The notes beneath the pieces are model-generated. The model ran no database searches. It was given only the letters and a program-made list of their open reading frames with translations, and was not told the DNA's origin. From assembly GCF_003334305.1 (NCBI RefSeq), contig NZ_QOWS01000006.1: a stretch of 64,000 bases of DNA; one strand, given 5' to 3'. The position numbers and the translations under genes are program-made. Within the stretch, counting starts at the first letter, position 1, and every line of letters starts with the position of its first letter. Source of the DNA: Escherichia coli. Its GTDB lineage: Bacteria > Pseudomonadota > Gammaproteobacteria > Enterobacterales > Enterobacteriaceae. Positions 1-16,590 of this stretch are shown here, piece after piece.

Positions 1-1347
<1,347 letters not shown>

Positions 1348-2226
1348 ATGGCTGAAGCGCAAAATGATCCCCTGCTGCCGGGATACTCGTTTAACGCCCA
1401 TCTGGTGGCGGGTTTAACGCCGATTGAGGCCAACGGTTATCTCGATTTTTTTATCGACCGACCGCTGGGAATGAAAGGTTATATTCTCAATCTCACCATT
1501 CGCGGTCAGGGGGTGGTGAAAAATCAGGGACGAGAATTTGTCTGCCGACCGGGTGATATTTTGCTGTTCCCGCCAGGAGAGATTCATCACTACGGCCGTC
1601 ATCCGGAGGCTCGCGAATGGTATCACCAGTGGGTTTACTTTCGTCCGCGCGCCTACTGGCATGAATGGCTTAACTGGCCGTCAATATTTGCCAATACGGG
1701 TTTCTTTCGCCCGGATGAAGCGCACCAGCCGCATTTCAGCGACTTGTTTGGGCAAATCATTAACGCCGGGCAAGGGGAAGGGCGCTATTCGGAGCTGCTG
1801 GCGATAAATCTGCTTGAGCAATTGTTACTGCGGCGCATGGAAGCGATTAACGAGTCGCTCCATCCACCGATGGATAATCGGGTACGCGAGGCTTGTCAGT
1901 ACATCAGCGATCATCTTGCTGACAGCAATTTTGATATCGCCAGCGTCGCACAGCATGTTTGCCTGTCGCCGTCGCGTCTGTCACATCTTTTCCGCCAGCA
2001 GTTAGGGATTAGCGTCTTAAGCTGGCGCGAGGACCAACGCATTAGTCAGGCGAAGCTGCTTTTGAGCACCACCCGGATGCCTATCGCTACCGTCGGTCGC
2101 AATGTTGGTTTTGACGATCAACTCTATTTCTCGCGAGTATTTAAAAAATGCACCGGGGCCAGCCCGAGCGAGTTCCGTGCCGGTTGTGAAGAAAAAGTGA
2201 ATGATGTAGCCGTCAAGTTGTCATAA
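1348..2226 (+). CDS. araC: Arabinose operon regulator AraC (AraC/XylS family)
   Basis: 292-aa product [35 protein letters not shown]... Start is internal to ORF 1297..2226 at the ATG at 1348. Confidence 0.97.
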
Positions 2227-2311
2227 TTGGTAACGAATCAGACAATTGACGGCTTGACGGAGTAGCATAGGGTTTGCAGAATCCCTGCTTCGTCCATTTG
2301 ACAGGCACATT

Positions 2312-3076
2312 ATGCAAGCATTGCTGGAACACTTTATTACCCAATCCACCGTGTATTCATTGATGGCGGTGGTGTTGGTGGCCTTTCTGGAGTCGCTGGC
2401 GCTGGTCGGTTTGATTCTACCCGGTACGGTGCTGATGGCGGGGCTGGGAGCGCTGATTGGCAGCGGCGAGTTAAGTTTCTGGCACGCCTGGCTGGCAGGG
2501 ATCGTCGGTTGCCTGCTGGGCGACTGGATCTCCTTCTGGCTGGGCTGGCGTTTTAAAAAGCCGTTGCATCGCTGGTCATTTCTGAAGAAAAACAAAGCAT
2601 TACTCGATAAAACTGAACATGCGTTGCATCAACACAGCATGTTCACCATTCTGGTCGGTCGCTTTGTTGGCCCGACGCGTCCGCTGGTGCCAATGGTGGC
2701 GGGAATGCTGGATCTGCCGGTGGCAAAATTCATTACGCCGAATATTATCGGCTGCCTGCTGTGGCCACCGTTTTACTTCCTGCCTGGGATTCTGGCGGGC
2801 GCGGCGATCGATATTCCAGCCGGAATGCAGAGCGGCGAGTTTAAATGGTTGCTGCTGGCGACGGCGGTATTTTTGTGGGTTGGTGGCTGGCTGTGCTGGC
2901 GGTTATGGCGCAGCGGTAAAGCAACCGATCGTTTAAGTCATTATTTGTCGCGCGGCCGTTTGTTGTGGCTGACGCCGTTAATTTCTGCCATCGGCGTGGT
3001 GGCGCTGGTGGTGTTAATTCGCCACCCGTTGATGCCGGTGTATATCGATATTTTGCGTAAAGTGGTTGGGGGTTAG
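2312..3076 (+). CDS. yabI: DedA-family inner membrane protein YabI
   Basis: 254-aa hydrophobic protein MQALLEHFITQSTVYSLMAVVLVAFLESLALVGLILPGTVLMAG..., typical DedA/SNARE-associated fold. Confidence 0.9.
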   Translation: MQALLEHFITQSTVYSLMAVVLVAFLESLALVGLILPGTVLMAGLGALIGSGELSFWHAWLAGIVGCLLGDWISFWLGWRFKKPLHRWSFLKKNKALLDKTEHALHQHSMFTILVGRFVGPTRPLVPMVAGMLDLPVAKFITPNIIGCLLWPPFYFLPGILAGAAIDIPAGMQSGEFKWLLLATAVFLWVGGWLCWRLWRSGKATDRLSHYLSRGRLLWLTPLISAIGVVALVVLIRHPLMPVYIDILRKVVGG

Positions 3077-3096
3077 GAGATAGTCTTGTGCGGGTT

Positions 3097-3183
<87 letters not shown>

Positions 3184-3189
3184 TGCATA

Positions 3190-3888
3190 CTAACCCGTAA
3201 TCCCCAATAGTGCCGAAGCACTCGCCTTACCGCTCAACAACTCATTGGTCTTACCCTGCCAGGCGATGCGCCCGTCGGCGACCACCACCGAGCGTGTGGC
3301 GATCCGCGCCGCATCTTCCACACTGTGCGACACCATCAATAGCGTCATTTTTTGCTGCTGGCAGCTCGTGCTCACCAGCGTCAGCATCTCCTGACGTAAC
3401 GCCGGATCGAGCGCAGAGAACGGTTCATCGAGCAATAAAATCGGCTGTTCGCGCACCAGACAACGCGCTAACGCCACGCGCTGTCGCTGACCGCCGGAAA
3501 GCTCGCCCGGTAACCGCGCCATTAAATTATCAATCCCCATCTGGCGGGCGATAGCGTGCATTTTCTCCTGCTGCGCCGCGTTCAGCTTCAATCCCGGATT
3601 AAGCCCCAGCCCGATGTTCTGCGCGACCGTCAGGTGGCTGAACAGGTTGTTCTCCTGAAACAGCATCGATACCGGACGGCGTGACGGCGGCGTCGTGGTG
3701 TGATCAACGCTGTCGATAGTCAGCGAACCGCTGGCTGGCGTCAGAAAACCGGCAATCAAATTCAGCAGGGTACTTTTACCCGCGCCGCTTGGCCCGAGGA
3801 TTGCCACCTGCTCGCCGCGTTCTACCGTTAAGCTAAAACGCATCGGCAAATGGTGATAAAGCCAGGTGATATCAGTCAGTTTTAACAT
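3190..3888 (-). CDS. thiQ: Thiamine ABC transporter ATP-binding protein ThiQ
   Basis: [48 protein letters not shown]... with Walker A and ABC signature LSGGQRQR. Start chosen at the internal ATG (3886-3888) rather than ORF-track 3909. Confidence 0.93.
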   Translation of the reverse strand: MLKLTDITWLYHHLPMRFSLTVERGEQVAILGPSGAGKSTLLNLIAGFLTPASGSLTIDSVDHTTTPPSRRPVSMLFQENNLFSHLTVAQNIGLGLNPGLKLNAAQQEKMHAIARQMGIDNLMARLPGELSGGQRQRVALARCLVREQPILLLDEPFSALDPALRQEMLTLVSTSCQQQKMTLLMVSHSVEDAARIATRSVVVADGRIAWQGKTNELLSGKASASALLGITG

Positions 3889-5482
3889 TTCGCCCCGGTA
3901 GTTTTTCAATCACGGTAAACAGCAGAAAACAGAGTAGTAGCAGAATTAACGCGGTGACCGCGCCGTCCTGGCTGCGATAGGAGCCAATTTGCTGGTAGAG
4001 ATAAAACGGCAGGGTACGGAAATCATCGTTACCGAACAACGCCACTACGCCAAAATCACCAATCGACAGCACGCAGGCAAAAGCCAGCGCCTGCGCCAGT
4101 GGACGTTTCAGGGCGTGCAGCTCGACCACTTTTAAGCGCGACCAGCCTTCAATGCCCAGCGACTGACACAATATACTGTAGCGGGCGGTGATATCGCGCA
4201 TCGGGTTTTCCAGTACTTTCAGCGCATAAGGGATCGCCATTAACGCATTGGTGAAAATCACAATGCCGTCAGCAGATTGTGGCAGGCCGATAGTGTTGTT
4301 GAGCAGTAAAAAGAAGCCGGTAGCCAGCACAATCCCCGGCATGGCGAGGATCAACATGCCGCTCATCTCCAGCGCCTGACCCGCCAGCATTTTCTGCCGC
4401 GCCCGCAGTTCGCGACTGCTCCATAGCAGCATCATGGTCAGCACTACGCACAATACACCTGCCGCCAGCGCAATACGCAACGAGGTCCACAGCGCCTGCC
4501 ACAGCACCGGTTGTGCCAGCACTTCCGGCAACTGGCGATTTACGCCATCGACGATCACCGCCAGCAACGGTGGCAGCAACAGCAGCAGCGCCAGCACTAT
4601 TAACACCGTGTCGCAAATGCGGCTATGCAGACGATCGTCCGGATCGCGCCAGCCTTGCAGCAGCGTGGTACCGGGCGCAATGGCCTTACTTAGTCGCTGA
4701 CTCAACAGCACCAGCCCAAGGCAACACACCATCTGGAGCAGCGCCAGCATCGCCGCGCGGGCAGGATCGTAGTCGTAACTCAGCGCCTGATAAATAGCCA
4801 GCTCGATAGTAGTTGCCTGCGGACCGCCGCCCAGCGATAGCACGGTGGCGAAGCTGGCGAAACAGAGCATAAAGATAAGCGCGGCAACCGGCGGGATTTG
4901 TCGCCGTAGCCACGGCCATTCGACGAAGCGGAAAAAATGCCAGCCGCGCATCCCAAGCTGGGCGGCAAGCTGACGTTGTTCGCCGGGAATGTTTTCCAGT
5001 GCCTGGAGTAATAAGCGGCTCGCCATCGGCAGATTAAAAAATACGTGCGCCAGCAAAATGCCTTGCAGGCCGTAGGGCGAAAAGGTCCACTCCAGACCGA
5101 GCGATTGGCAGAGCGATGCCAGCCAGCCCTGACGACCATAGACGCTAAGAATGCCGAAAACAGCAACTAGCACCGGGAGGATCAAGGTCATTGCGCACAG
5201 ACGCAACAGCGCCAGCCGACCCGGAAAGCGCCTGCGATAGAGGGCGCGGGCGAGGAATATCGCGGGTACGACAGAGAGTAGCGCCGAGAGAAACGCCTGC
5301 CAGAAGGAGAAGCGCACCACATGCCACAGGTAGCTGTCCTGCCAGACTGCCACCCAGTTACCCTGCGGCGCGTTCCACCACAGGGCGAGAAACGCCGCGA
5401 GCGCAACCGCTACCACCAGCGTGGCGGCGCTTACACCTGGAATTAACCAGCCGGGAATTAACGGCTGACGGCGCGTTGCCAT
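3872..5482 (-). CDS. thiP: Thiamine ABC transporter permease ThiP
   Basis: 536-aa polytopic membrane protein; overlaps thiQ start and thiB stop (operon thiBPQ). Confidence 0.93.
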   Translation of the reverse strand: MATRRQPLIPGWLIPGVSAATLVVAVALAAFLALWWNAPQGNWVAVWQDSYLWHVVRFSFWQAFLSALLSVVPAIFLARALYRRRFPGRLALLRLCAMTLILPVLVAVFGILSVYGRQGWLASLCQSLGLEWTFSPYGLQGILLAHVFFNLPMASRLLLQALENIPGEQRQLAAQLGMRGWHFFRFVEWPWLRRQIPPVAALIFMLCFASFATVLSLGGGPQATTIELAIYQALSYDYDPARAAMLALLQMVCCLGLVLLSQRLSKAIAPGTTLLQGWRDPDDRLHSRICDTVLIVLALLLLLPPLLAVIVDGVNRQLPEVLAQPVLWQALWTSLRIALAAGVLCVVLTMMLLWSSRELRARQKMLAGQALEMSGMLILAMPGIVLATGFFLLLNNTIGLPQSADGIVIFTNALMAIPYALKVLENPMRDITARYSILCQSLGIEGWSRLKVVELHALKRPLAQALAFACVLSIGDFGVVALFGNDDFRTLPFYLYQQIGSYRSQDGAVTALILLLLCFLLFTVIEKLPGRNVKTD

Positions 5483-6441
5483 TCGCTAATCCATGCCTGA
5501 CGTTGTGCCGCCACTTCAGCTGGTGTGAACTCCAGCGTGGTGGCCGGTTTGGTCAATTGTTCAAACCCGGCAGGCAGCGTGACATTTGCCACCGGATACA
5601 TCCAGTTACCGGTTGGGATCGCATTCTGAAAAGCCGGAGAAACCATAAACTGGAGGAATTTTTGCGCCAGCTCCGGCTGCTTGCTGGCAGCGGTGCGGGC
5701 GGCGACTTCCACCTGCAGATAGTGACCTTCGCTAAAGTTCGCGGCGGCGTAGTTATCTTTTTTCTCTTCGAGAATGTGATAAGCCGGAGAGGTGGTGTAA
5801 CTCAGTACCAGATCGCTTTCACCTTTTAAAAACAGGCCGTAGGCTTCGCTCCAGCCTTTGGTGACCGTGACGGTTTTCTTCGCCAGTTTTTGCCAGGCTT
5901 GTGGGGCGTCATCGCCATAGACTTTTTGCATCCACAACAGCAGGCCCAGCCCCGGCGTACTGGTGCGCGGATCCTGATAAATCACCCGCCAGTTTTGATC
6001 GCTCTCAACCAATTCTTTCAGGCTTTGCGGCGGGTTTTTCAGTTTGTTCTTGTCATAGACGAAGGCGAAATAGCCGTAATCAAACGGGACGAAAGTGTCA
6101 TTATTCCAGCCGCCGGGAACGTTAACGGCATCCGCTGCCACACCGCTTTTGGCAAATAGTCCGGTTTTACTGGCGGCGTCTAACAGATTGTTATCCAGCC
6201 CCAGCACCACATCGGCTTTACTATTTTTGCCTTCCATCCGTAGACGGTTGAGAAGCGAAACGCCATCTTCCAGCGCCACCAGTTTCAGTTCGCAGTTACA
6301 GTCGGCTTCAAAAGCTTTTTTGATCTTTGGACCAGGCCCCCAGTCGGCGGCGAAGGAATCGTAGGTATAAACAGTCAGAACGGGTTTAGCGAAAACGGGC
6401 GCTGTGCACAGCAACAGCAGGGGAAGACATTTTTTTAACAC
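5458..6441 (-). CDS. thiB: Thiamine/TPP periplasmic binding protein ThiB (TbpA)
   Basis: MLKKCLPLLLLCTAPVFAKPVLTVYTYDSFAADWGPGPKIKKAFEADC..., signal peptide plus SBP fold. Start at the internal ATG, not ORF-track 6453. Confidence 0.93.
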   Translation of the reverse strand: MLKKCLPLLLLCTAPVFAKPVLTVYTYDSFAADWGPGPKIKKAFEADCNCELKLVALEDGVSLLNRLRMEGKNSKADVVLGLDNNLLDAASKTGLFAKSGVAADAVNVPGGWNNDTFVPFDYGYFAFVYDKNKLKNPPQSLKELVESDQNWRVIYQDPRTSTPGLGLLLWMQKVYGDDAPQAWQKLAKKTVTVTKGWSEAYGLFLKGESDLVLSYTTSPAYHILEEKKDNYAAANFSEGHYLQVEVAARTAASKQPELAQKFLQFMVSPAFQNAIPTGNWMYPVANVTLPAGFEQLTKPATTLEFTPAEVAAQRQAWISEWQRAVSR

Positions 6442-6469
6442 TTTGCACCTCAAAAAAGAGTGGCAAAGG

Positions 6470-6595
6470 ACTTGAGAAGGAGCCTCAAATCCCTTCGCCG
6501 GCGTTATCCGGATCAGGTTCGACGGGTATTTTCTCAGCGCACGCGTTTGCGTGGCACCCCGTTGAGAACGGCGTTAGTGTAGTGATTTTGTTATC
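6470..6595 (-). promoter_or_regulatory. sroA: TPP riboswitch (THI-box) in the thiBPQ leader; corresponds to the SroA RNA fragment
   Basis: Minus-strand sequence ctgagaaaatacccgtcgaacctgatccggataacgccggcgaagg carries the conserved THI-box CUGAGA...ACCUGAUC-GGAUAAUGCC-GCGAAGG, directly upstream of thiB. Boundaries approximate. Confidence 0.85.
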
Positions 6596-6604
6596 TACCA
6601 GCAA

Positions 6605-8260
6605 TCATGGATCCGGCGGCGCAAACCACGCTGATTTAAAATCGAACCAGCCGAGGGTATTCATACGCAGGCCGCGCATACTGCGTTGTCCCTGAATGAT
6701 CAGCCAGTGGTGGATAAGCGGCACCATTGCTTTACTGGCGACCAGTTGCTGGCACCAGTTCGCCAGGTTCATTTCGCCATTGCGCCAGCGGGCGGCGTCG
6801 GCTTGCCAGTCGATCGGAATACAGTGTTGGAGCAGCGGCACCTCGCACAAGTGCGCGAACAGCGAAAAATCCAGCGGCAGCGTAAAGTTGGCGCTATTAA
6901 GCCAGATATCGCTCTCGATCTCTCCTTCATGCCACTGATCGTAGTCGATCTCTTTGATTTCCAGCGTGACCTGGTGGCTTGCCAGAATCTGCTGCATGAT
7001 CCCGGCAATCACCCGATGCTCACTGTGATCCTGATAAAAGGTCAGGGTGAGGCTTTCCAGACCAGCCGGTTTTTCGCTCTTTATGGTGCGGGCATGGTGC
7101 CAACGGGGGAGCAGTCCATAAGCCGGGAACCACAGTTGCTGGTACTGTTCCTCAGCGAAATAGACCAGATTAGTTGGAGAAAGCACATAGCTTACCCAGT
7201 CCCTGACTTGCTGATTCGCACCGCGATGGGTGCGGCTGTCGAATAGTAAATAGTAGCAACCTTCCTCCAGGCGGCTTTCAATCTCTTTTTCCTCGCCCTG
7301 TGGACCTTTTAGCATCAGACCTCCAGCTGGCTCGTCGGCAATTTCCGGCAGAACCCAGACGTTAACTTCATCGATTAATGCCCGGTAACCGAAGAAGTCA
7401 TCGAATGCCTGAATTTTCAGTTGATTGGTGGTGTTGCGGATCACCGCATACGGACCGGTGCCGATGGGATGGCTGGCAAAGTTACTGAGGGTTTCCCATT
7501 CGCGCGGCAGGATCATCGCCGGAACTTGCCCCAGCAGTAACGGTAACCAGCGGTCCGGTTGCGTGAGATGGATATCCAGCGTCCAGGGCGTCGGCGACAC
7601 AATGTCCGCAATATGCGAATAGAGCGGCAGCGTATTGATTCGTTTTAAAGAGGCGATCACGTCGTCCATTTCCAGTTCACGACCATGATGAAAATGGACT
7701 CCTGGACGCAAAAAGAAACGCCAGTGAAGCGGTGATATTTGCTGCCAGTGGTGGGCGATGTCTGCTTCCAGTTCCCCATTTTCCTCATTTATGCGCGTTA
7801 GCGAACTGAAGATTTGCCGGGCAATATGGGTTTCGGAACGGCGCAATGCGCTGCCAGGTAGCAGATTACGCAACGGACGATAGTAGAGCACGCGCAGGAT
7901 GTGCCGCCCCTGGCGGAAGCTGCGGCCCAGATGAGAAACCAGCATTTGCCGCACAGTCGCTTTGTCGCCAACCAACTGCACTAGTTGGTCGATACGATCC
8001 TGCTCCAGCAGGTCTTCCGCCCGCTGTTGCTGAAGCGCCAGCCCGGTATAGAGGAATGTCAGACGCGAGCGTTTACCACGCCCGACTTCCGCTTCCCACG
8101 TCAGCCAGCCGCGATCCTGCATGGTGTTGAGCAGGGTGCGCATATGACGACGCGAGCAGCTCAATAACGCTGCCAGTTCGTTGAGCGTTGTGTCCTGCGA
8201 TTTACCCTCGCAGCATTGCCACAGGCGGATGAACTGTTGTTGCAGACGAGCAGATGGCAT
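6605..8260 (-). CDS. sgrR: Sugar-phosphate stress transcriptional regulator SgrR
   Basis: 551-aa product [45 protein letters not shown]... (N-terminal HTH plus solute-binding-like domain); divergent from sgrS. Confidence 0.93.
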   Translation of the reverse strand: MPSARLQQQFIRLWQCCEGKSQDTTLNELAALLSCSRRHMRTLLNTMQDRGWLTWEAEVGRGKRSRLTFLYTGLALQQQRAEDLLEQDRIDQLVQLVGDKATVRQMLVSHLGRSFRQGRHILRVLYYRPLRNLLPGSALRRSETHIARQIFSSLTRINEENGELEADIAHHWQQISPLHWRFFLRPGVHFHHGRELEMDDVIASLKRINTLPLYSHIADIVSPTPWTLDIHLTQPDRWLPLLLGQVPAMILPREWETLSNFASHPIGTGPYAVIRNTTNQLKIQAFDDFFGYRALIDEVNVWVLPEIADEPAGGLMLKGPQGEEKEIESRLEEGCYYLLFDSRTHRGANQQVRDWVSYVLSPTNLVYFAEEQYQQLWFPAYGLLPRWHHARTIKSEKPAGLESLTLTFYQDHSEHRVIAGIMQQILASHQVTLEIKEIDYDQWHEGEIESDIWLNSANFTLPLDFSLFAHLCEVPLLQHCIPIDWQADAARWRNGEMNLANWCQQLVASKAMVPLIHHWLIIQGQRSMRGLRMNTLGWFDFKSAWFAPPDP

Positions 8261-8327
8261 AAAAGGGGAACTCCTGTGCAAAAGACAGCAATTTTATTTT
8301 CCCTATATTAAGTCAATAATTCCTAAC

Positions 8328-8554
8328 GATGAAGCAAGGGGGTGCCCCATGCGTCAGTTTTATCAGCACTATTTTACCGCGACAGCGAAGTTGTGCTGGT
8401 TGCGTTGGTTAAGCGTCCCACAACGATTAACCATGCTTGAAGGACTGATGCAGTGGGATGACCGCAATTCTGAAAGTTGACTTGCCTGCATCATGTGTGA
8501 CTGAGTATTGGTGTAAAATCACCCGCCAGCAGATTATACCTGCTGGTTTTTTTT
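8328..8554 (+). ncRNA. sgrS: SgrS small RNA (dual-function: base-pairing sRNA plus sgrT mRNA)
   Basis: Divergent from sgrR; contains the sgrT ORF; 3' end has the conserved seed region (gtgtgactgagtattggtg) and an intrinsic terminator ccagcag-attatac-ctgctgg followed by an 8-T run (8526-8554). The 5' end is from memory of the annotation. Confidence 0.85.
8349..8480 (+). CDS. sgrT: SgrT, 43-aa inhibitor of glucose transporter PtsG, encoded within SgrS
   Basis: ATG at 8349 gives MRQFYQHYFTATAKLCWLRWLSVPQRLTMLEGLMQWDDRNSES. Confidence 0.85.
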   Translation: MRQFYQHYFTATAKLCWLRWLSVPQRLTMLEGLMQWDDRNSES

Positions 8555-8581
8555 ATTCTCGCCGCGCTAAAAAGGGAACGT

Positions 8582-9760
8582 ATGATCTGGATAATGACGA
8601 TGGCTCGCCGTATGAACGGTGTTTACGCGGCATTTATGCTGGTCGCTTTTATGATGGGGGTGGCCGGGGCGCTACAGGCTCCTACATTGAGCTTATTTCT
8701 GAGTCGTGAGGTTGGCGCGCAACCTTTCTGGATCGGACTCTTTTATACGGTGAATGCTATTGCTGGGATCGGCGTAAGCCTCTGGTTGGCAAAACGTTCT
8801 GACAGTCAGGGCGATCGGCGAAAACTGATTATATTTTGCTGTTTGATGGCTATCGGCAATGCGCTATTGTTTGCATTTAATCGTCATTATCTGACGCTTA
8901 TCACCTGTGGTGTGCTTCTGGCATCTCTGGCCAATACGGCAATGCCACAGTTATTTGCTCTGGCGCGGGAATATGCGGATAACTCGGCGCGAGAAGTGGT
9001 GATGTTTAGCTCGGTGATGCGTGCGCAGCTTTCTCTGGCATGGGTTATCGGTCCACCGTTGGCCTTTATGCTGGCGTTGAATTACGGCTTTACGGTGATG
9101 TTTTCGATTGCCGCCGGGATATTCACACTCAGTCTGGTATTGATTGCATTTATGCTTCCGTCTGTGGCGCGGGTAGAACTGCCGTCGGAAAATGCTTTAT
9201 CAATGCAAGGTGGCTGGCAGGATAGTAACGTACGGATGTTATTTGTCGCCTCGACGTTAATGTGGACCTGCAACACCATGTACATTATTGATATGCCGTT
9301 GTGGATCAGTAGCGAGTTAGGATTGCCAGACAAACTGGCGGGTTTCCTGATGGGGACGGCAGCTGGACTGGAAATACCAGCAATGATTCTGGCTGGCTAC
9401 TATGTCAAACGTTATGGTAAGCGGCGAATGATGGTCATAGCAGTGGCGGCAGGAGTACTGTTTTACACCGGATTGATTTTCTTTCATAGCCGTATGGCGT
9501 TGATGACGCTGCAACTTTTTAACGCTGTATTTATCGGCATTGTTGCGGGTATTGGGATGCTATGGTTTCAGGATTTAATGCCTGGAAGAGCGGGGGCAGC
9601 TACCACCTTATTTACTAACAGTATTTCTACCGGGGTAATTCTGGCTGGCGTTATTCAGGGAGCAATTGCACAAAGTTGGGGGCACTTTGCTGTCTACTGG
9701 GTAATTGCGGTTATTTCTGTTGTCGCATTATTTTTAACCGCAAAGGTTAAAGACGTTTGA
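8582..9760 (+). CDS. setA: Sugar efflux transporter SetA (MFS)
   Basis: 392-aa 12-TM MFS protein MIWIMTMARRMNGVYAAFMLVAFMMGVAGALQAPTLSLFLS... Confidence 0.93.
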   Translation: MIWIMTMARRMNGVYAAFMLVAFMMGVAGALQAPTLSLFLSREVGAQPFWIGLFYTVNAIAGIGVSLWLAKRSDSQGDRRKLIIFCCLMAIGNALLFAFNRHYLTLITCGVLLASLANTAMPQLFALAREYADNSAREVVMFSSVMRAQLSLAWVIGPPLAFMLALNYGFTVMFSIAAGIFTLSLVLIAFMLPSVARVELPSENALSMQGGWQDSNVRMLFVASTLMWTCNTMYIIDMPLWISSELGLPDKLAGFLMGTAAGLEIPAMILAGYYVKRYGKRRMMVIAVAAGVLFYTGLIFFHSRMALMTLQLFNAVFIGIVAGIGMLWFQDLMPGRAGAATTLFTNSISTGVILAGVIQGAIAQSWGHFAVYWVIAVISVVALFLTAKVKDV

Positions 9761-9808
9761 TGACGTGGACGATAGCGGAAAGCCCGGTCATTTGACCGGG
9801 CAAGGGGA

Positions 9809-11825
<2,017 letters not shown>

Positions 11826-11827
11826 GA

Positions 11828-14490
<2,663 letters not shown>

Positions 14491-14533
14491 GGTTTGGGTC
14501 CTTGTCTCTTTTAGAGCGCCTCGCTTCGGGCAT

Positions 14534-14564
14534 AAAAAAACCCGCGCAATGGCGCGGGTTTTTT
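14534..14564 (-). terminator. leu operon attenuator (intrinsic terminator between leuL and leuA)
   Basis: On the transcribed minus strand: hairpin cccgcgccattgcgcggg followed by a 7-U run; lies between the leader peptide stop and leuA start. Confidence 0.85.
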
Positions 14565-14582
14565 GTTTGACTGCGTGCTGGC

Positions 14583-14669
14583 TTAATGCTGGATGCCGCT
14601 CACTCGTCTACCGCGCAAAGAAGATGCGTTTAGTAGTAGTAGACCGATAAAGCGAACGATGTGAGTCAT
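14583..14669 (-). CDS. leuL: leu operon leader peptide LeuL (28 aa, four consecutive Leu codons)
   Basis: [28 protein letters not shown]; the four Leu are consecutive CUA codons (complement of tagtagtagtag at 14631-14642). Confidence 0.9.
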
Positions 14670-14774
14670 TAAATCAGCTCCAGATGAATGCGATATGCTT
14701 TTAGAGTTACTGGATACAAAAACGGATGTCAACCCTGACGCAATAAAAACGTCCCGCCAGCGTGAGTTCTGCAT

Positions 14775-15328
14775 CCGTAAAATTAGCTAATTGTGCTGCG
14801 GTGGTTAAAGTAAGCGATATTAATTTCTGCTTAACTACCGACGCTTTTCATCGGTTGACATATTTCAGCATAAATTTTTGCATCTAATCAACGAGGAAAA
14901 AGGGGACAAAATGCACGCGTTGCAAAACCTATCCTGATGATTTGTATTGAATTATATGTTTTGCGATTTTTTTTGATATTGATTTGGTGAATATTATTGA
15001 TCAATTAATGTTAAGAATTAATGCATTAAATATATAAATTAATTATTAAATAAGCACATTTAATCCATTTTGTAGATGATTGAGTATTCGCGGTAGTTAT
15101 GATTAGATTGTTTTCGCAACAAAAACATTATGGATTATTATGCTGTGGTAAATGACTCATTCCACGGCAATGGATTCTGTTTTTATCAGAACCCGTATCT
15201 TTATGTTTTCCGAATTTTACTCATTTTGCTTTTTCTTATTTTATATGCATGATAAATCATATTCTTCAGGATTATTTCTCTGCATTCCAATAAGGGAAAG
15301 GGAGTTAAGTGTGACAGTGGAGTTAAGT
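14775..15328. promoter_or_regulatory. AT-rich leuLABCD/leuO divergent regulatory region (leu promoter, leuO promoter, H-NS-bound AT tract)
   Basis: About 550 bp of very AT-rich DNA (e.g. attaatgttaagaattaatgcattaaatatataaattaattattaaataagc) between divergent leuL and leuO. H-NS silencing of leuO here is established for E. coli/Salmonella. Confidence 0.7.
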
Positions 15329-16273
15329 ATGCCAGAGGTACAAACAGATCATTCAGAGACGGCGGAGTTAAGCAAGCCACAGCTACGCATGGTCGATCTC
15401 AACTTATTAACCGTTTTCGATGCCGTGATGCAGGAGCAAAACATTACCCGTGCCGCTCATGTTCTGGGTATGTCGCAACCTGCGGTCAGTAACGCTGTTG
15501 CACGCCTGAAGGTGATGTTTAATGACGAGCTTTTTGTTCGTTATGGCCGTGGTATTCAACCGACTGCTCGCGCATTTCAACTTTTTGGCTCAGTTCGTCA
15601 GGCATTGCAACTAGTACAAAATGAATTGCCTGGTTCAGGTTTTGAACCCGCGAGCAGTGAACGTGTATTTCATCTTTGTGTTTGCAGCCCGTTAGACAGC
15701 ATTCTGACCTCGCAGATTTATAATCACATTGAGCAGATTGCGCCAAATATACATGTTATGTTCAAGTCTTCATTAAATCAGAACACTGAACATCAGCTGC
15801 GTTATCAGGAAACGGAGTTTGTGATTAGTTATGAAGACTTCCATCGTCCTGAATTTACCAGCGTGCCATTATTTAAAGATGAAATGGTGCTGGTAGCCAG
15901 CAAAAATCATCCAACAATTAAGGGCCCGTTACTGAAACATGATGTTTATAACGAACAACATGCGGCGGTTTCGCTCGATCGTTTCGCGTCATTTAGTCAA
16001 CCTTGGTATGACACGGTAGATAAGCAAGCCAGTATCGCGTATCAGGGCATGGCAATGATGAGCGTACTTAGCGTGGTGTCGCAAACGCATTTGGTCGCTA
16101 TTGCGCCGCGTTGGCTGGCTGAAGAGTTCGCTGAATCCTTAGAATTACAGGTATTACCGCTGCCGTTAAAACAAAACAGCAGAACCTGTTATCTCTCCTG
16201 GCATGAAGCTGCCGGGCGCGATAAAGGCCATCAGTGGATGGAAGAACAATTAGTCTCAATTTGCAAACGCTAA
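15329..16273 (+). CDS. leuO: LysR-family global regulator LeuO
   Basis: 314-aa product [61 protein letters not shown]... (LysR HTH). Start internal to ORF-track 15152. Confidence 0.93.
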   Translation: MPEVQTDHSETAELSKPQLRMVDLNLLTVFDAVMQEQNITRAAHVLGMSQPAVSNAVARLKVMFNDELFVRYGRGIQPTARAFQLFGSVRQALQLVQNELPGSGFEPASSERVFHLCVCSPLDSILTSQIYNHIEQIAPNIHVMFKSSLNQNTEHQLRYQETEFVISYEDFHRPEFTSVPLFKDEMVLVASKNHPTIKGPLLKHDVYNEQHAAVSLDRFASFSQPWYDTVDKQASIAYQGMAMMSVLSVVSQTHLVAIAPRWLAEEFAESLELQVLPLPLKQNSRTCYLSWHEAAGRDKGHQWMEEQLVSICKR

Positions 16274-16278
16274 CTGAA

Positions 16279-16326
16279 TGCAGAATAGGCCAGACATGAA
16301 TGTCTGGTTTATTCTGCATTTTTTAT
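16279..16326 (+). terminator. leuO intrinsic terminator
   Basis: Extended inverted repeat tgcagaatagg-ccagacat/atgtctgg-tttattctgca followed by ttttttatt. Confidence 0.7.
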
Positions 16327-16590
16327 TGAATGTAGAATTTTATTCTGAATGTGTGTGCTCTCTATTTTAGGATTAATTAAAAAAATAGAGAAATTGCTGT
16401 AAGTTGTGGGATTCAGCCGATTTATTGTCAATTTAATCCTTCGTAATGGAGGATTTTATCGTTTCTTTTCACCTTTCCTCCTGTTTATTCTTATTACCCT
16501 GCGTTTATGTCTCTGGCTGCCAATTGCTTAAGCAAGATCGGACGGTTAATGTGTTTTACACATTTTTTCCGTCAAACAGTGAGGCAGGCC
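16327..16590 (+). promoter_or_regulatory. ilvIH promoter/leader region (Lrp-regulated)
   Basis: AT-rich region with repeated tgaatg/tagaat motifs upstream of ilvI. Lrp control of ilvIH is established; individual sites were not mapped by me. Confidence 0.5.

Noticed and set aside
5191-5829. 212-aa plus-strand ORF spanning the thiP/thiB junction
   Set aside because: Antisense to two overlapping transporter genes; Arg/Pro/Ala-rich translation; shadow ORF.
15152-15328. N-terminal extensions suggested by the ORF track (leuO from 15152, ilvI 16507, mraZ 20559, rsmH 20926, pdhR 52904, lpd 58577, ampE 50087, nadC 49532, sgrR 8281, thiB 6453, thiQ 3909, araC 1297)
   Set aside because: The track reports the longest ORF. 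In each case the internal start matches the known protein N-terminus, and the extension runs into promoter or AT-rich DNA or into the upstream gene.
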